Under the pieces are notes generated by a model. It saw only the letters and a program-made list of their open reading frames with translations. It was not told the origin of the DNA and searched no databases. DNA of 64,000 nt, taken from assembly GCA_043228905.1 (NCBI GenBank), contig JBHGNT010000020.1, positions 7,626,001 through 7,690,000 of the forward strand, read 5' to 3'. Position 1 is the first letter of the stretch, and each line of letters opens with the position of its first letter. Source of the DNA: Azolla caroliniana (Eukaryota > Plantae > Polypodiophyta). The translations under genes were made by a program, and so were the position numbers. Of this stretch, positions 14,095 through 26,400 are shown one piece after another.

Positions 14095-15678
14095 AAAGGA
14101 AATCCGGATAAGCTGGATGAGAGGTTGGACATGGGAAGAGAACCCGTCTATAAATCATCTATAAAAATTTGCAAAACCAAGAAACGATTGTACCTCTTTC
14201 AGCTGAGTCGGGAGAGACCAATCAATGATTGCCACTACCTTGCGTTCATCCATTGTGATCTTGGTAGGTGAGATCATGTAACCTAGGAAGTAGACAGAGG
14301 TCCGATCGAATTCGCATTTCTCACTTTTGGCGAAGAGCCCATATTCCCGGAGTTTGGTGAGAACTAGCCGGATGTGGTGTGTGTGCTCCTCCCAGTTGGA
14401 AGAAAAAACTAGGATGTCGTCAAGGTAGATGACCACGAAATGATCGAGATACCCTAAAAAAATGTCGTTCATCATGTGCTGCAAGACGGCCAGAGCGTTG
14501 GTAAGCCCGAATGACATCACTTTGTACTCGACATGTCTATAGCGCGTCCGAAAAGTCATTTTCTGCTTGTCCCCAGGCTTGATGCGCACCAAATTGTAGG
14601 CGCCCCGAAGGTCGATTTTGGAGAAGATATGCCTAGATCAGAGTCGATCAAGGAGCGTTGGAATTAAGGGCAGGGGGCAACAATTACGCACCATAACTTT
14701 GTTGAGACCCCGATAATCCACACATAAGCATAAGGAGCCGTCCTTCTTTTTGACAAATAAGATTGGTGCCTCGGCCGGTGATTTGGAGGGTTGAATGAAG
14801 CCTTTTGTGAGATTCTCAGCCACATATGTGCGGAGAGCCTCAAGTTCGGGTTCAGATAACCCATAGATAGGACCGAATGGGGGATGCTCGCTAACTTGGA
14901 GTTTGATTAGGCAATCGTAGGGGCAATGAGCCGGTAACCGATCGGCATTCCGCTTTTCAAAGATGTCGGAAAAGTCGCTATATCAGACGGGTAAATTGTT
15001 GATAGGAACGGTGACGTCCCTCGACACAACGGCCAGTGTAGTGACCAAACCGGACTCGACTGCAACATAATCAAGAGAGTGTCGTGACCTAGTAGGAATT
15101 GGCCTTACTGGAAAAGTGATGGAGTGGTTACACCAATCGACCGTCGGATTGTGTGTCTCCAACCAAGATAGCCCCAAATCAATCAGATGTTGGGCGGTTG
15201 CGATGAGGTAGAATGTGAGTTCCTCTTGATGCGCCCTGACTTGAAGTACCAACGGGATAGTGGCTTCGGTAACCGTCCCTGAAGAGAGAACCCAACTGTC
15301 GATCGCCTCAAACACGTTCGCGTTCACAAGTGGAAGGATCGCGCATAAATGGAAGGATAAGGAAAATTTTGGTTGATTTTAGGGCTTTTTCAATGATTTT
15401 ACAAAACACATTGATACCAGTATCATACATGTTCAAACATACTATGAAAAAGGTTAAAAATCCACTATTTCCGTGATTTAGAAGTAACTAAAAAAAGAGG
15501 AATTTCAAAAAGTTACATTCTCAATTTATATCTCAAACTTTACAACCAATGTTATTTTATAAGAAACGATTTTTTATAAATCATAAGAATTCAAAACACA
15601 TGCTTTTATATTACTCGATTTGTTACAAGCAGAATGTATTTACACTTAATAGCCAAAAATACATTCATGATCATTCCT

Positions 15679-18461
15679 TTATGGAGAATCACTACTATAA
15701 CTAATATACAATGAAGATTCCTCCACGTCATCCTCGGATGTACCAATCAGTGCATTATCTTCATCATAAACCAAATGGTTTGACTCTAGATTATATGTAG
15801 CAGATCTCGTTTGCCTTTGACTCGAGCCACCTTGTAAACCTGGTAATTTTTCTTTTATTATATCTATTGTTGACTTCCTTAATCGTCCGACTTTTGTAAT
15901 TGTGAAGTCGTACACGATGATATCCACATCAGAGATATCAAGGGTAGAGGTGTTACGAATGTTTCGCTTCCTCTTCCTACCTCCCCTTCTTGTTGGGCAT
16001 TCAATCATCTCCAATGTATACTTACTTGTAAAAGCATTTGCACTTCTAGTGTTGTACCAATGAACGTTTATAAACTTGATAGTGTTTTCTATTTCATGCA
16101 TTAGCACTTCTAGAATTTTACCAACCCAAAATTGGTGGCCATGTGAATTCTCATCAGCCGGCGTTGCAATCAACATCCCCGCCGTGAGCTCTTGCAAATT
16201 GCCTTGCCAGATCTAGCTTCGACTGCTTTGGTCATCCTTGGTCCCACATAAATGTCTCTTTGTTGTGGATGGACCAAACTGTCATTAATCGCATTTGCTG
16301 GTTGCTCCAGAGTTCTATTTACACGATCGTGTTGCAGCGACCATGTGAATGGCGTTTCCAAATTCCAATTATCACCAAATACACAATTGTTTATAATTCC
16401 TTTCTGAGCACTATAAAGTACATCCCACCATGACGTGTCTTGTTGTGCGGCATATTTCTTGGCGGCCTCAATATGCTTTTTTTTTTTTTAAGGCTTGGAG
16501 CCATAACTGTTTTTGTTCCGATACCAAGTCCCTCTGCAACTGTCCTTTCTTCTCAATTGGCATTTGCTTAGCTCCATGGACAATTGTACTCGGCATACAA
16601 AGTAATAACTGGCAACCACCTTCAGGTTCCCATGTTGTAGAAGATGAATATTGTTTAGCATATAAAAGTGTAGAACCAGTTATTTCCTTTTTCTTTATCA
16701 TAAAAATGTGATTGAAGCTTATATTGTTTAACTGGGCAAGCACTTTAACATTCCCAACACCCCCATCTAATATATATCTCTTAAAGTCATATACCTCCTT
16801 CAAGTGTAACACTTTTGGGTGTGGTGAATATGCATCACAAATGACATCAAATAGTTTAGGTAATGTGAAAGGATCATGCCGAGACAACTGTCTGGAGAAT
16901 GTGCTAAACATCTAATCTATATGATCCTGTGTGTGGCCAACCAAAATAAAATTGACTTTCACTTTCCTAAACAATCTTTGGTTGACCAACATACTTAGAT
17001 AGCCAAACACAGTTGAATTTTTGTTCTCTCTAGCAGTATTGTCCAATTGAATGTATAGAACAAGGGGGGAAAGGTTGGCCCCAAGACATCAAAACTCGGT
17101 GAATGACTGTAGCTATTAGGTTAGGGTCATTGTGAACATTGGGGTATGTAATGAAGACGTGAGGTCCAACAGACCTATTATAAGCTAAGCATCCCACCAA
17201 GTGCATTTGAACAAGGCACTCATCATTGACGTCTTTGAGGAGCCTCCGCATATGCGGCAAGCACGTCTTCTTCTGGTTCATGCCATCTATCATTAAGCAC
17301 ATGTATTGTTCGGGCCTCTTCAAATACTTCTCTCTATGATGCATCACCTTCTTTCGTTCTAACAATTGTGCCTCACGATGCTCTTGTAGTAACTTCTTAC
17401 TCATATCCTTTTCCATTGATGTCTTTGCACCTTTAGCCAAACTTTTAAGATTTGCACAAATGGAGCAATACCCCATGCGTACTTTACGTGGAATGATAAC
17501 ATTTGAAAACTGAGCTCTCCATAACCTTGTGGCTATATGTGACAAACTTATTACGTGAGCCCACCATATCAGATCGATAGACATCATAAACTTCTCGACG
17601 TGTGTAATTATCAGAAAGGTGCATCCTACCTGTAGTGGGCATTACTTCACAATTTAACTGAAAGTAAGTTTTCATCCAACCAATAGCATGTCTTCCAATT
17701 GCACCTTTCATACTTGGAACCTCTTTACAATTGAGCATCTGATCCCTGCTAAGTAGACGTTGTTGTACTCTATGTAGCCGCATGTTACTAACACATAACA
17801 CAATTTTGAATGCAACTCTACATATCTATTGCGCATGGAAGATATAATACTTGAATGATACTTTGATCCCCGTACATTTGTCAGACACTAGTTGCATATG
17901 TGACCCGAGGTAAGTGTCTTGCTCATCACCAATCATCGAAAAATAGTATCGCCTTAATTCTCGCAACTTTGATTTTCCAATCATAGACATACAACCACGA
18001 GCACAACATATTTTTTTGACATCAAATCCAATCTGTTTATCTGATGTCACCAAGTTAAATCTAGCCAGACGAATTCTTCGTGGGATTCTTCTAATATGCA
18101 TAGGGCTTCCAGATTTCTCTTCCTGCATAGAAGTTGGTGTAACCTTGTTATTATCCAATTCTTTGTTGTGACCATCACCCATGATATTCGATGTTTCATT
18201 GGCACTACCTTCATTCTCCGTATCTTTATTAATATCGTATTCTTCAATAGAGAACTCTTCACATGTCCCATTATTCACATTCGTTGTAGGTGAAGATGAG
18301 CTCAGACAATACTCTTTGATAGAATATGGTGAGTCTGTCGACAGACAATATTCTTCAATAGAAAATGGTGAGTCTGTCGACAAACAATATTCTTCGGTAG
18401 AAAACGAAGAGTCTGATAACAAACAACATTCTTCAATCAAGAACGGTGAATCTTCACTCAT
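15679..18461 (-). pseudogene. Sola-like DDD transposase (stops and frameshifts), with a C-terminal BAH/Tudor-like segment
   Basis: Joined ORFs 17826-18461, 17484-17801, 17030-17587, 16468-16911, 15679-16197. Motifs: CCARGC; 'PRKVRMGYCSIC'; 'CLMIDGMNQKKT'; 'YIQLDNTARENKN'; 'FILVGHTQDHID*MFS'. The 4-bp TSD is consistent with Sola. Confidence 0.8.
18296..18455 (-). repeat. 39-bp coding tandem repeat in the transposase N-terminus
   Basis: About 4 units of (F/Y)S(I/T)EEYCLSTDSP in ORF 17826-18461. Confidence 0.8.
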
Positions 18462-19145
18462 GGCTTAAGGTCTAGACAGAGCTCTTTAAATTATGTGCTT
18501 AAGCTAAGGCAAAAAACTAATAAGCTCCTCTCAAAACATAAACTCCTCTCAAAACATAAACTCCTCTCAAAACAGAAGCTCCCTCAATATAATGTCTATA
18601 TTATTTAATATTATATTAATACAATACATAAAAAAATATATTTTTAATATAGTAATTGTATTTAACATATTAATAATTACTTAAACTAGTATATATGAAG
18701 TTAAATAAATTATAACATAATTACAATCATTACCAAGTCATATATATGTTGGATTAAAGTTAAAATCATTGGTTAATTAATGGCACCCATATTTAATATA
18801 GAACTTCTCAGTCCACCATTTTAAATATAAGACTTTTCAATCATTGGTTCATTCATGCCCACATCTTTAATACAAAGCAATTAAGAGTCATAAAAATGTT
18901 GATTCTAGTAATCAATCATTGGTTCATTCATGAACCTCTTTCATTGTTTCCTTCATGACCTTCAAAGTCATTATAAGTTATTTTGACTATAAAATATTCA
19001 TCAATATGTTAGTTTGACTTTGTAATCATTAATGCAATCATAAGTTACTCAGGTTAATGTGACAGTGGTTACTAACTAACTAACCTCACGCTTGCCAACC
19101 CTGGTTAAGCTGACTGTGGTTATTTTAACCACTGTGGTCAATCCC

Positions 19146-19153
19146 TATAAATA
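19146..19153 (+). promoter_or_regulatory. TATA box of the ParB-MTase gene
   Basis: CCCTATAAATAG about 25-30 bp upstream of an initiator-like TTCACTCAC, followed by a (CAGAGCAAA/CAGAGCACA)n leader and ACCATG (ATG at 19344). Confidence 0.7.
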
Positions 19154-19698
19154 GGAAGACCTTGTCATATTTCACTCACACGAAACACAAGAGCACACAA
19201 GAGCACACAAAGCAAACATAGCAAACAGAGCAAACAGAGCAAACAGAGCAAACAGAGCAAACAGAGCACACAGAGCACACAGAGCACACAGAGCACGAAG
19301 CACGATAGTGAGATCTTCGCCTACAAATCGACAAATATCAACCATGTCTTCAAAGAAAATCGAGTGCCAGGACTCCAGGTAAGCCTCTAACACTGTGGAC
19401 ATTTTTGTAAATATGTTTTAGCATCAAGAACTCGATACGCCGTATCGAGTTCCTGTATAAAACACAAACAATATACATGAACTCGATACGGCGTATCGAG
19501 TTCTTGTGTGATGTTTAGGTTTTATACAGGAACTCGATACAACGTATCCAATTCCTCTTTAAAGTTTTTGTTTTAAATAGGAATTCGATACGCCGTATCG
19601 AGTTCCTCTATTTTGTTTGCGTTTTAAACAGGAACTCGATACGCCGTATTGAGTTCATGTATAATATTTCTGTTTTATACAGGAACTCGATACGGCGT

Positions 19699-22600
19699 TG
19701 TCGTGCCTTTCGGCTCCGGATCGTTGCGTGAGTCGGGTGGGAACCGCCGAGGTTTTGAACTAGGAGAAAGAAGAATATGAGATGAGGCTAGTAATGAATA
19801 GATTATTAGAAAGAGAGATAGAAATTTCGTGAATCCCACGAGTGTATTGTATTCGATTAATCAATATTTAGATAAGAATATGTATTTAGATTGAAAGAAA
19901 GATATAAGAAACTTGTGAATCCCACAAGTATAGATTATATTATTTTCGTGAATCCCACGATTATATTAATCGGTTGGTGTTTTTGGAAATATATCCAATT
20001 TCCAAATATTTCACACACCTATTACATTGTGCTCCCCATTCTTATGTAGTGATGGGAGAGACTAAGCATAACTACATGCTTTTTTAATCCTTGCTTTTAT
20101 TTGCTAAATATAGTGCTCATGCACACTAGATGTGCATGAGTCACTTTTTAGTTGCTTGCGTTTTTCTATAAAATATTCACGCACTCTAAAAATGCACGAT
20201 TTACCTTTTAATAAAGGTAGGTGCAAATAAAGCACTTATAGTTATTAAATCTATTTGTAGAACACTAAAGATAAGGTAGCATAATGGTAAGGTTGGGGTT
20301 TGTCAACGTGGAGGTGCAAAGTTCGAATCACACCCTGGGTAGTAGTGAGTATTTCCTTTTGTTTACATTTATGTCTCTTTATCCGGCTCTTCCTTGCCGG
20401 TATGCCGTTTTCTTCCGGTTCTCACCGAGCACTCCATTCTCTATCCGGAGGGACAAAAATATAATTTCCACATAGTGTGCAACCTACACTACGACACTCG
20501 CCCCCTCCAAACCCGCACATCCTCCGGTATGTGCCGAAGTTGCCGATGCTCGTTGTCTCCCCTTCATCCTCCGTTTGTCCCGCTATGTCAACTTTGTCTC
20601 TCCATTTTGAGTAGACCCATTCTTTCCACCCGAACCATTGTCGCCATCCGATCCACCATATTCTTTGTTCTGTCTCGTCATATTCTTGGCCCTTGTCATT
20701 CGTGGTAGTGTCTTTTACTGGCCTCTCTCTTGTCTTCATCAACCTTGACTTTTTTCCGGATCGCTCTCGTCCGATCGACTTTCGGTTTGATCGGCTTTCG
20801 ATCGGATCCGTATTCGGCCGAATCGGAATCGGTTGTTCGGTTTCGATTGAGTCGGTCTCCTTCCAGCCCGGTTTCGATCTATCGGTTTCGGTTTCGGTTG
20901 GCTTTCTTTTCCTCGTTTTCACCAGCCTCGACCGGTCCAACCTTCGGTTGAGTCGGATTAGCTTCTTTCCGGATCGGTCTCGTCCGATCGGCTTTCGGCT
21001 AGGTCGGCTTCCATCCATATTCGCGTTCGGCCAAGTCAGACTCAGTCGATCGGTTTTGACCGAGTTGACCCCTTTTCGGGTCGGCTTTCTTTCGGATCGT
21101 CTTTCGGCCGAATCCTCATTCGCCCGGTTCGGCTTTCGTTTGTGTCGTCTTTCGGCCGAATTCTCTTCCTTTCGGTTCGGCTTTCTTTCGGGTCGACTTT
21201 TGGTCGAATCCTCTTTTACCCGGTTCGGCTTTCTTTCGGATCGGAATCCCGTCCGGATCACCTTCCATCCAAACCGGCTTCCGACTTTACCTTTCTTGCT
21301 GCCACCTCCCGTCTCTCCGGTCTCACGTTGGTTCTCGGACACAACCGCCGAAGTCTCTAGAATTAGTGGGTAGGAATCCTCGGTATTATCATCCTCCATT
21401 GTTTCACCCATAGCCATATTCTCGGCTATCTCTCCGTCGTATGCATCGACTTCGACCTTTGTTTTCTCTCCGCCACCTTCCGTCTCTTCGGTCTCACGTT
21501 GCCTTTCGAACGCAACCGCCGGAGTCTCTGGAATCAGTGGTGGGGTCTCGATATGGCAATCCGCCATTGATTCGTCCATAGCCACCTCCGATTCGATTTC
21601 GTCTTTTGTGGCTACCTCCTTAATCACATCCGCTTCACACTCTTTATCTGCATCAATTATGCAAACCTCTATTATGCTTACCCCTTTTTGACCCGATGTC
21701 TCGAGCACTTGTATCCCGAAATTTCCTTCTACACTTGAATTATCAGCCTTATCCTTCGCCATCGTTCTTTCACAAGACAAGAGGGTAGCTTGTTTTACAC
21801 CCTCTTCCGTCGCACCATCATGTTGTATTTCGGCCTTCATATCGGCTCCATCGTTTGTCTTCAATCGACCATCCTTCATCGGCCATGTCGTTGACAAGAT
21901 TCTCATCTTCCTCTCATCATGTCTCTGGCATACCCTTTCGACTTTAGCCCAATCCTCGGTAAGGCCGTTCGCACCGTCATCATCTTCGAGTTCGATCCCA
22001 ATGTCCATCCTTTCTTTCCGATCGATCGATCTTACGAACATTAAGACTTTATCTCCTCCCACCAATCTTCGTTCCCGCTCCGAGAGTCGAGCAAAACGAT
22101 GCTCGAACTCTAGGAACGCTTGCGTTGCACTTCGGTGAGTCTTCTCCGACGCCACCCATTCGTCGAATTCTCGTCGATCTCGTCCCGTCCATCTCTCATA
22201 GTCATATGCCTCCCGTAAAGCTTCTTCAAAGGACTCCCATGTCGAGTTTTGTTGTTGTATCTTGTGGATTTTCCCTTGAAGCCCGTCGGTCGCCACCCGG
22301 TTAAAGGATGTCACTTGCAGTCCTCCCGAAGCCCGGCACCGGAGCATCTCCGCCTTGTAGTCCTGCAAATATCGCGACACATCCTTACCATTAAATTGCC
22401 CGTTTCGTCGCAGAAGCCGCTCTACTGCCACCTTCATCTCCGACATCGCACGTTGTTCTTGTTGCATCCGCTCAAACATTATCATCATCATGTTCATCGC
22501 CTCTTGTTGATTCTCCATCTCCTTGCCACCCGCCTTCACGTCGGGTTCACCAACTGTGTCGTGCCTTTCGGCTCCGGATCGTTGCGTGAGTCGGGTGGGA

Positions 22601-23401
22601 ACCGCCGAGGTTTTGGACTAGGAGAAAGAAGAATATGAGATGAGGCTAGTAATGAATAGATTATTAGAAAGAGAGATAGAAATTTCGTGAATCCCACGAG
22701 TGTATTGTATTCGATTAATCAATATTTAGATAAGAATATGTATTTAGATTGAAAGAAAGATATAAGAAACTTGTGAATCCCACAAGTATAGATTATATTA
22801 TTTTCGTGAATCCCACGATTATATTAATCGGTTGGTGTTTTTGGAAATATATCCAATTTCCAAATATTTCACACACCTATTACATTGTGCTCCCCATTCT
22901 TATGTAGTGATGGGAGAGACTAAGCATAACTACATGCTTTTTTAATCCTTGCTTTTATTTGCTAAATATAGTGCTCATGCACACTAGATGTGCATGAGTC
23001 ACTTTTTAGTTGCTTGCGTTTTTCTATAAAATATTCACGCACTCTAAAAATGCACGATTTACCTTTTAATAAAGGTAGGTGCAAATAAAGCACTTATAGT
23101 TATTAAATCTATTTATAGAACACTAAAGATAAGGTAGCATAATGGTAAGGTTGGGGTTTGTCAACGTGGAGGTGTAGAGTTCAAATCACGCCCTGCGCAG
23201 TAATGAGTATTTCCTTTTTTTTTACATTTATGTCTCTTTATCCGGCTCTTCCTTGCCGGTATGCCGTTTTCCTCCTTGCCGGTATGCCGTTTTCCTCCTT
23301 GCCGGTATGCCGTTTTCTTCCGGTTCTCACCGAGCACTCCATTCTCTATCCGGAGGGACAAAAATATAATTTCCACATAGTGTGCAACCTACACTACGAC
23401 A
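19699..23401 (-). mobile_element. Young non-autonomous LTR retrotransposon (gag-only, tRNA-Trp PBS, 4-bp TSD GCGT)
   Basis: Near-identical LTRs 19699-20496 and 22557-23401 (TGTCGTG...TACGACA). PBS at 22535-22552 (TTCACGTCGGGTTCACCA on + matches the plant tRNA-Trp 3' end). PPT at 20497-20508. TSD GCGT at 19695-19698 and 23402-23405. Confidence 0.93.
20422..22539 (-). CDS. Gag-like protein with long acidic/basic low-complexity extension, no pol
   Basis: Open 705-codon ORF; N-terminal 'GQFNGKDVSRYL..WESFEEAL' gag-like region, similar to the gag at 59823-60152 ('LEDD..ANGL...W..V.R.C'). Confidence 0.7.
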   Translation of the reverse strand: MKAGGKEMENQQEAMNMMMIMFERMQQEQRAMSEMKVAVERLLRRNGQFNGKDVSRYLQDYKAEMLRCRASGGLQVTSFNRVATDGLQGKIHKIQQQNSTWESFEEALREAYDYERWTGRDRREFDEWVASEKTHRSATQAFLEFEHRFARLSERERRLVGGDKVLMFVRSIDRKERMDIGIELEDDDGANGLTEDWAKVERVCQRHDERKMRILSTTWPMKDGRLKTNDGADMKAEIQHDGATEEGVKQATLLSCERTMAKDKADNSSVEGNFGIQVLETSGQKGVSIIEVCIIDADKECEADVIKEVATKDEIESEVAMDESMADCHIETPPLIPETPAVAFERQRETEETEGGGEKTKVEVDAYDGEIAENMAMGETMEDDNTEDSYPLILETSAVVSENQRETGETGGGSKKGKVGSRFGWKVIRTGFRSERKPNRVKEDSTKSRPERKPNRKEENSAERRHKRKPNRANEDSAERRSERKPTRKGVNSVKTDRLSLTWPNANMDGSRPSRKPIGRDRSGKKLIRLNRRLDRSRLVKTRKRKPTETETDRSKPGWKETDSIETEQPIPIRPNTDPIESRSNRKSIGRERSGKKSRLMKTRERPVKDTTTNDKGQEYDETEQRIWWIGWRQWFGWKEWVYSKWRDKVDIAGQTEDEGETTSIGNFGTYRRMCGFGGGECRSVGCTLCGNYIFVPPDREWSAR

Positions 23402-26400
23402 GCGTATCGAGTTCCTGTTTAAAACACAAACATTATATAGGAAATCAATATGGTGTATTGAGTTCCTATACACAGTTTATATTTTCATGTATATAGTGTG
23501 CGTTTTAAACAGGAACTCGATACGCCGTATCGAGTTCCTGTGTTATGTAACTCTTTTACAAAGGAACTCGATACAGTGTATCGAGCTCCTGGATTATGTT
23601 TGTGTTTTATACATGAACTCGATACAGCATATCGAGTCCTTGTATAAAACAAGAACTCTAAAGAGGAATATTGTGTCTTTGGGGCAACAACTTAGTATTG
23701 TGTGAAAATATGTCAAACTTTCTATCAAAATCAGTCTTTTTTTAGGGTGATTTGCCTTATTTTGTAAAAAATAGGGGCCTTAATTATAGAGGCTTTATGA
23801 CCTAGTATAGCTTAAAATAGTACAAAATAACCCACAAATTACCTTTACGATACCAAATTCAAGTCTATCATATGCAAATTCTCTACAATATGGATATGGA
23901 ATCAATATAAGCCATACCTGCCCTTCAAGACAATATATATCCTTGTATACTTATTAAGATATATATTTTCTAAGTTGAATAGCCCTTACTAGAATAGATT
24001 TCTGAATATAGGACTACCATGTACACTCAATGCATGATTGATATTTATAGTTTACCACAAGTCGCCTGCTAGTTTATTTCATCATCTAATTATTTGTATT
24101 TTAATATACAATCTTAATCTACGTGACCACCTAACTTATGTTTTCGCATGTACTTTCTTAAGTAGGTTGTTTGAGAACTTGTCGGACTGACCTGTGAAGA
24201 AGATAAAGCTCCGCATACAGGGTTCTCCAATTGAAACACAGACCCTAATAGCTCCCAAGACCATGAAGAGAGGAATTTTTTTTCTCTTCAACGAGGAGCC
24301 AAAATCTCAATCACACATTGAGGTTAGCCAGAAGAAAGTAGTAGCAGCTACTAGAGGTGAAGACCTTCCTGACCGTGATCTAACGGACAAGGAATGGTGT
24401 ATGCAATACGTCGACACCAAGAAAAAAGTCATATTGTATACAACAAAGAAGAAGGGCGAGGGGCAGCTTGAAAATGAAACCCCATTTATGTATGGCCGTA
24501 TTCTACAATTTGACTACGAAGATGCAGATTCGGCCAACATACTTGTAATGATAGAGTGCTCTAAGGGGGTACGTAAAGTGTTCTTTTCTGAAGATCTTCT
24601 AGTAAAGGAATCTTGTGGGCCAGAAGCTTTCAAAAAAGATCTTGAAAGCTCACAATACCTTATTGTTACCTTGAGGCCTTATATACAAGGCTATGTAACT
24701 CTAAGGGAGCCATTGCCCTCCCCAGTGAAGGCCACAAAAAGGGCATCTAAAGTACAATCAAGAACACCAAAAAAGAAGACCACAAAAATGTCGGACTCCG
24801 ATTCATCAAGTGAAAATGAAGATGAGGACACTAAGGGGACGCCAGGAGTTGAGCTGGCATCGGGTGTGTTGTCATCCGAGCAGAATAAGATACGGAGAGA
24901 GTTAATGCAGCGTAAACTGGTCAGGAAAGGGCAAGTGTTTAATTTGCCTATAACACACATCCATCGGCCCCCTATTGATGAAAAAACAGGACGAAGACCA
25001 CTGGAGATTAGAGAGCCACACCGCATGCATGTTCAAAATCTCAAGAAAAAAATGAAAATTAATCCTCATGCCACTGTGGTGCCTTTTATTGTTATGGTGG
25101 ATCCTGAAGAATGTGAAACCATTGAAGATTTTGATATAAGAAAGCATGATCAATATAATTACTTTGTCATTGGTGGAGCGCATTCAGCGGAGGCATGTCG
25201 ACAACTTGTGAGAGAACATCCAACGACTTTCTTCTTCAAGTATGCCGAGTGCAAAATTTACGTGGGTCTCACAACTGAAGAGGCAAAGCTGTTGGCATGG
25301 GACCACAATAATGATAATGACTATAGGTAGAAAATGTCGTCGATTGAGCGTGTAAGGTTCTTCCACCACGAGTATTTGGACGTCAAACAAAAGTTTGGTG
25401 TGAAGCTACATCTAGGCCTACGATGTCAATGCTTGCATGAAGTTGGCATTGTGGTAGATAATAATGTTAAGTTCGATGATCTTCGAAAGTATGAGTCTTG
25501 GTTTCAACTGGCCTTTAGAGATGGAGAAGTATGGGACCTACAGGATCAAATCTTCTCAATGTGGGAGAATAAGGAGGTCAAGGGTCAATGACAAAAAAAA
25601 TGTAAGGTTGACCCTCAACTAGAATTAAAGTCACAAGCGGCCAAGAAAATTGACTTGACAATTGAAGAAGTGGTTGACGACATGAAGCTATGTCTGTGGA
25701 GAGCGATGCAAGGTATTAAGGACGAACAACTTCTTGTGTTTGTTTTGTCAAGGGTTGTGGCCAAAGATTTAAGCCTTGAAGAAATGGTCACTGAGTTCAA
25801 TAAGTAAGTCTTTCAAATATTGATATTGAAGTCTATATGGTGCAACTCAAAGTTCTAATCTTGTTTTCTAATTTCATAGTCATAAGGTGTACATGAAGAT
25901 CCAAGAAGTTATGATGAAACAACTTGGATGTATAACTTGGGAACAAGTGACCGAGGATTATCCTCTAACGTCTTCATATAAGGCGTTATCGGAGTATTTT
26001 ATTGCATTCAAGGATTGGGTTAGTATTGGTGGTTTTTCATTACGTTTTCATCATATGTAGAGCTTGTATAATAAAACTTGATGTCCTATTGCTTCTATTA
26101 GAAACCGTGTCATGGCAAGAAACAAGGAGAAGTTAAGGATATACACGATTTCCCGACATCCTTGCACATCTCGAGAGAGCCAGAAAAGAAAAGGATCGTC
26201 GTTTAGTCAAGGCGTACGAAATGGAGGAAGATGGCTCCTTTAAAAAATTTAGCCACAAAAAAGATATTACGAGAGATCTTTACTACAATGTGGTTTGCGG
26301 CGATGTCGTTGACATGATCCAAAAGGTGCCAAAGAAGGAATATACGCTAATGATTGTAGATATTCCTTACGGATTTCGAATGGCTGGGTCATCATACGAC

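Larger units (their letters stand above)
19427..23642. repeat. Array of ~10 palindromes AGGAACTCGATACGCCGTATCGAGTTCCT, mostly ~51-bp period, split by the LTR element
   Basis: Copies at about 19427, 19477, 19528, 19579, 19630, 19681|23402, 23439, 23511, 23562 and 23613, with AT-rich spacers that resemble each other. Confidence 0.92.

Noticed and set aside
19427-23642. CRISPR-like appearance (29-bp palindromic repeats with ~22-bp spacers)
   Set aside because: Spacers are short, AT-rich and similar to each other, there are no cas genes, and the context is a eukaryotic intron.
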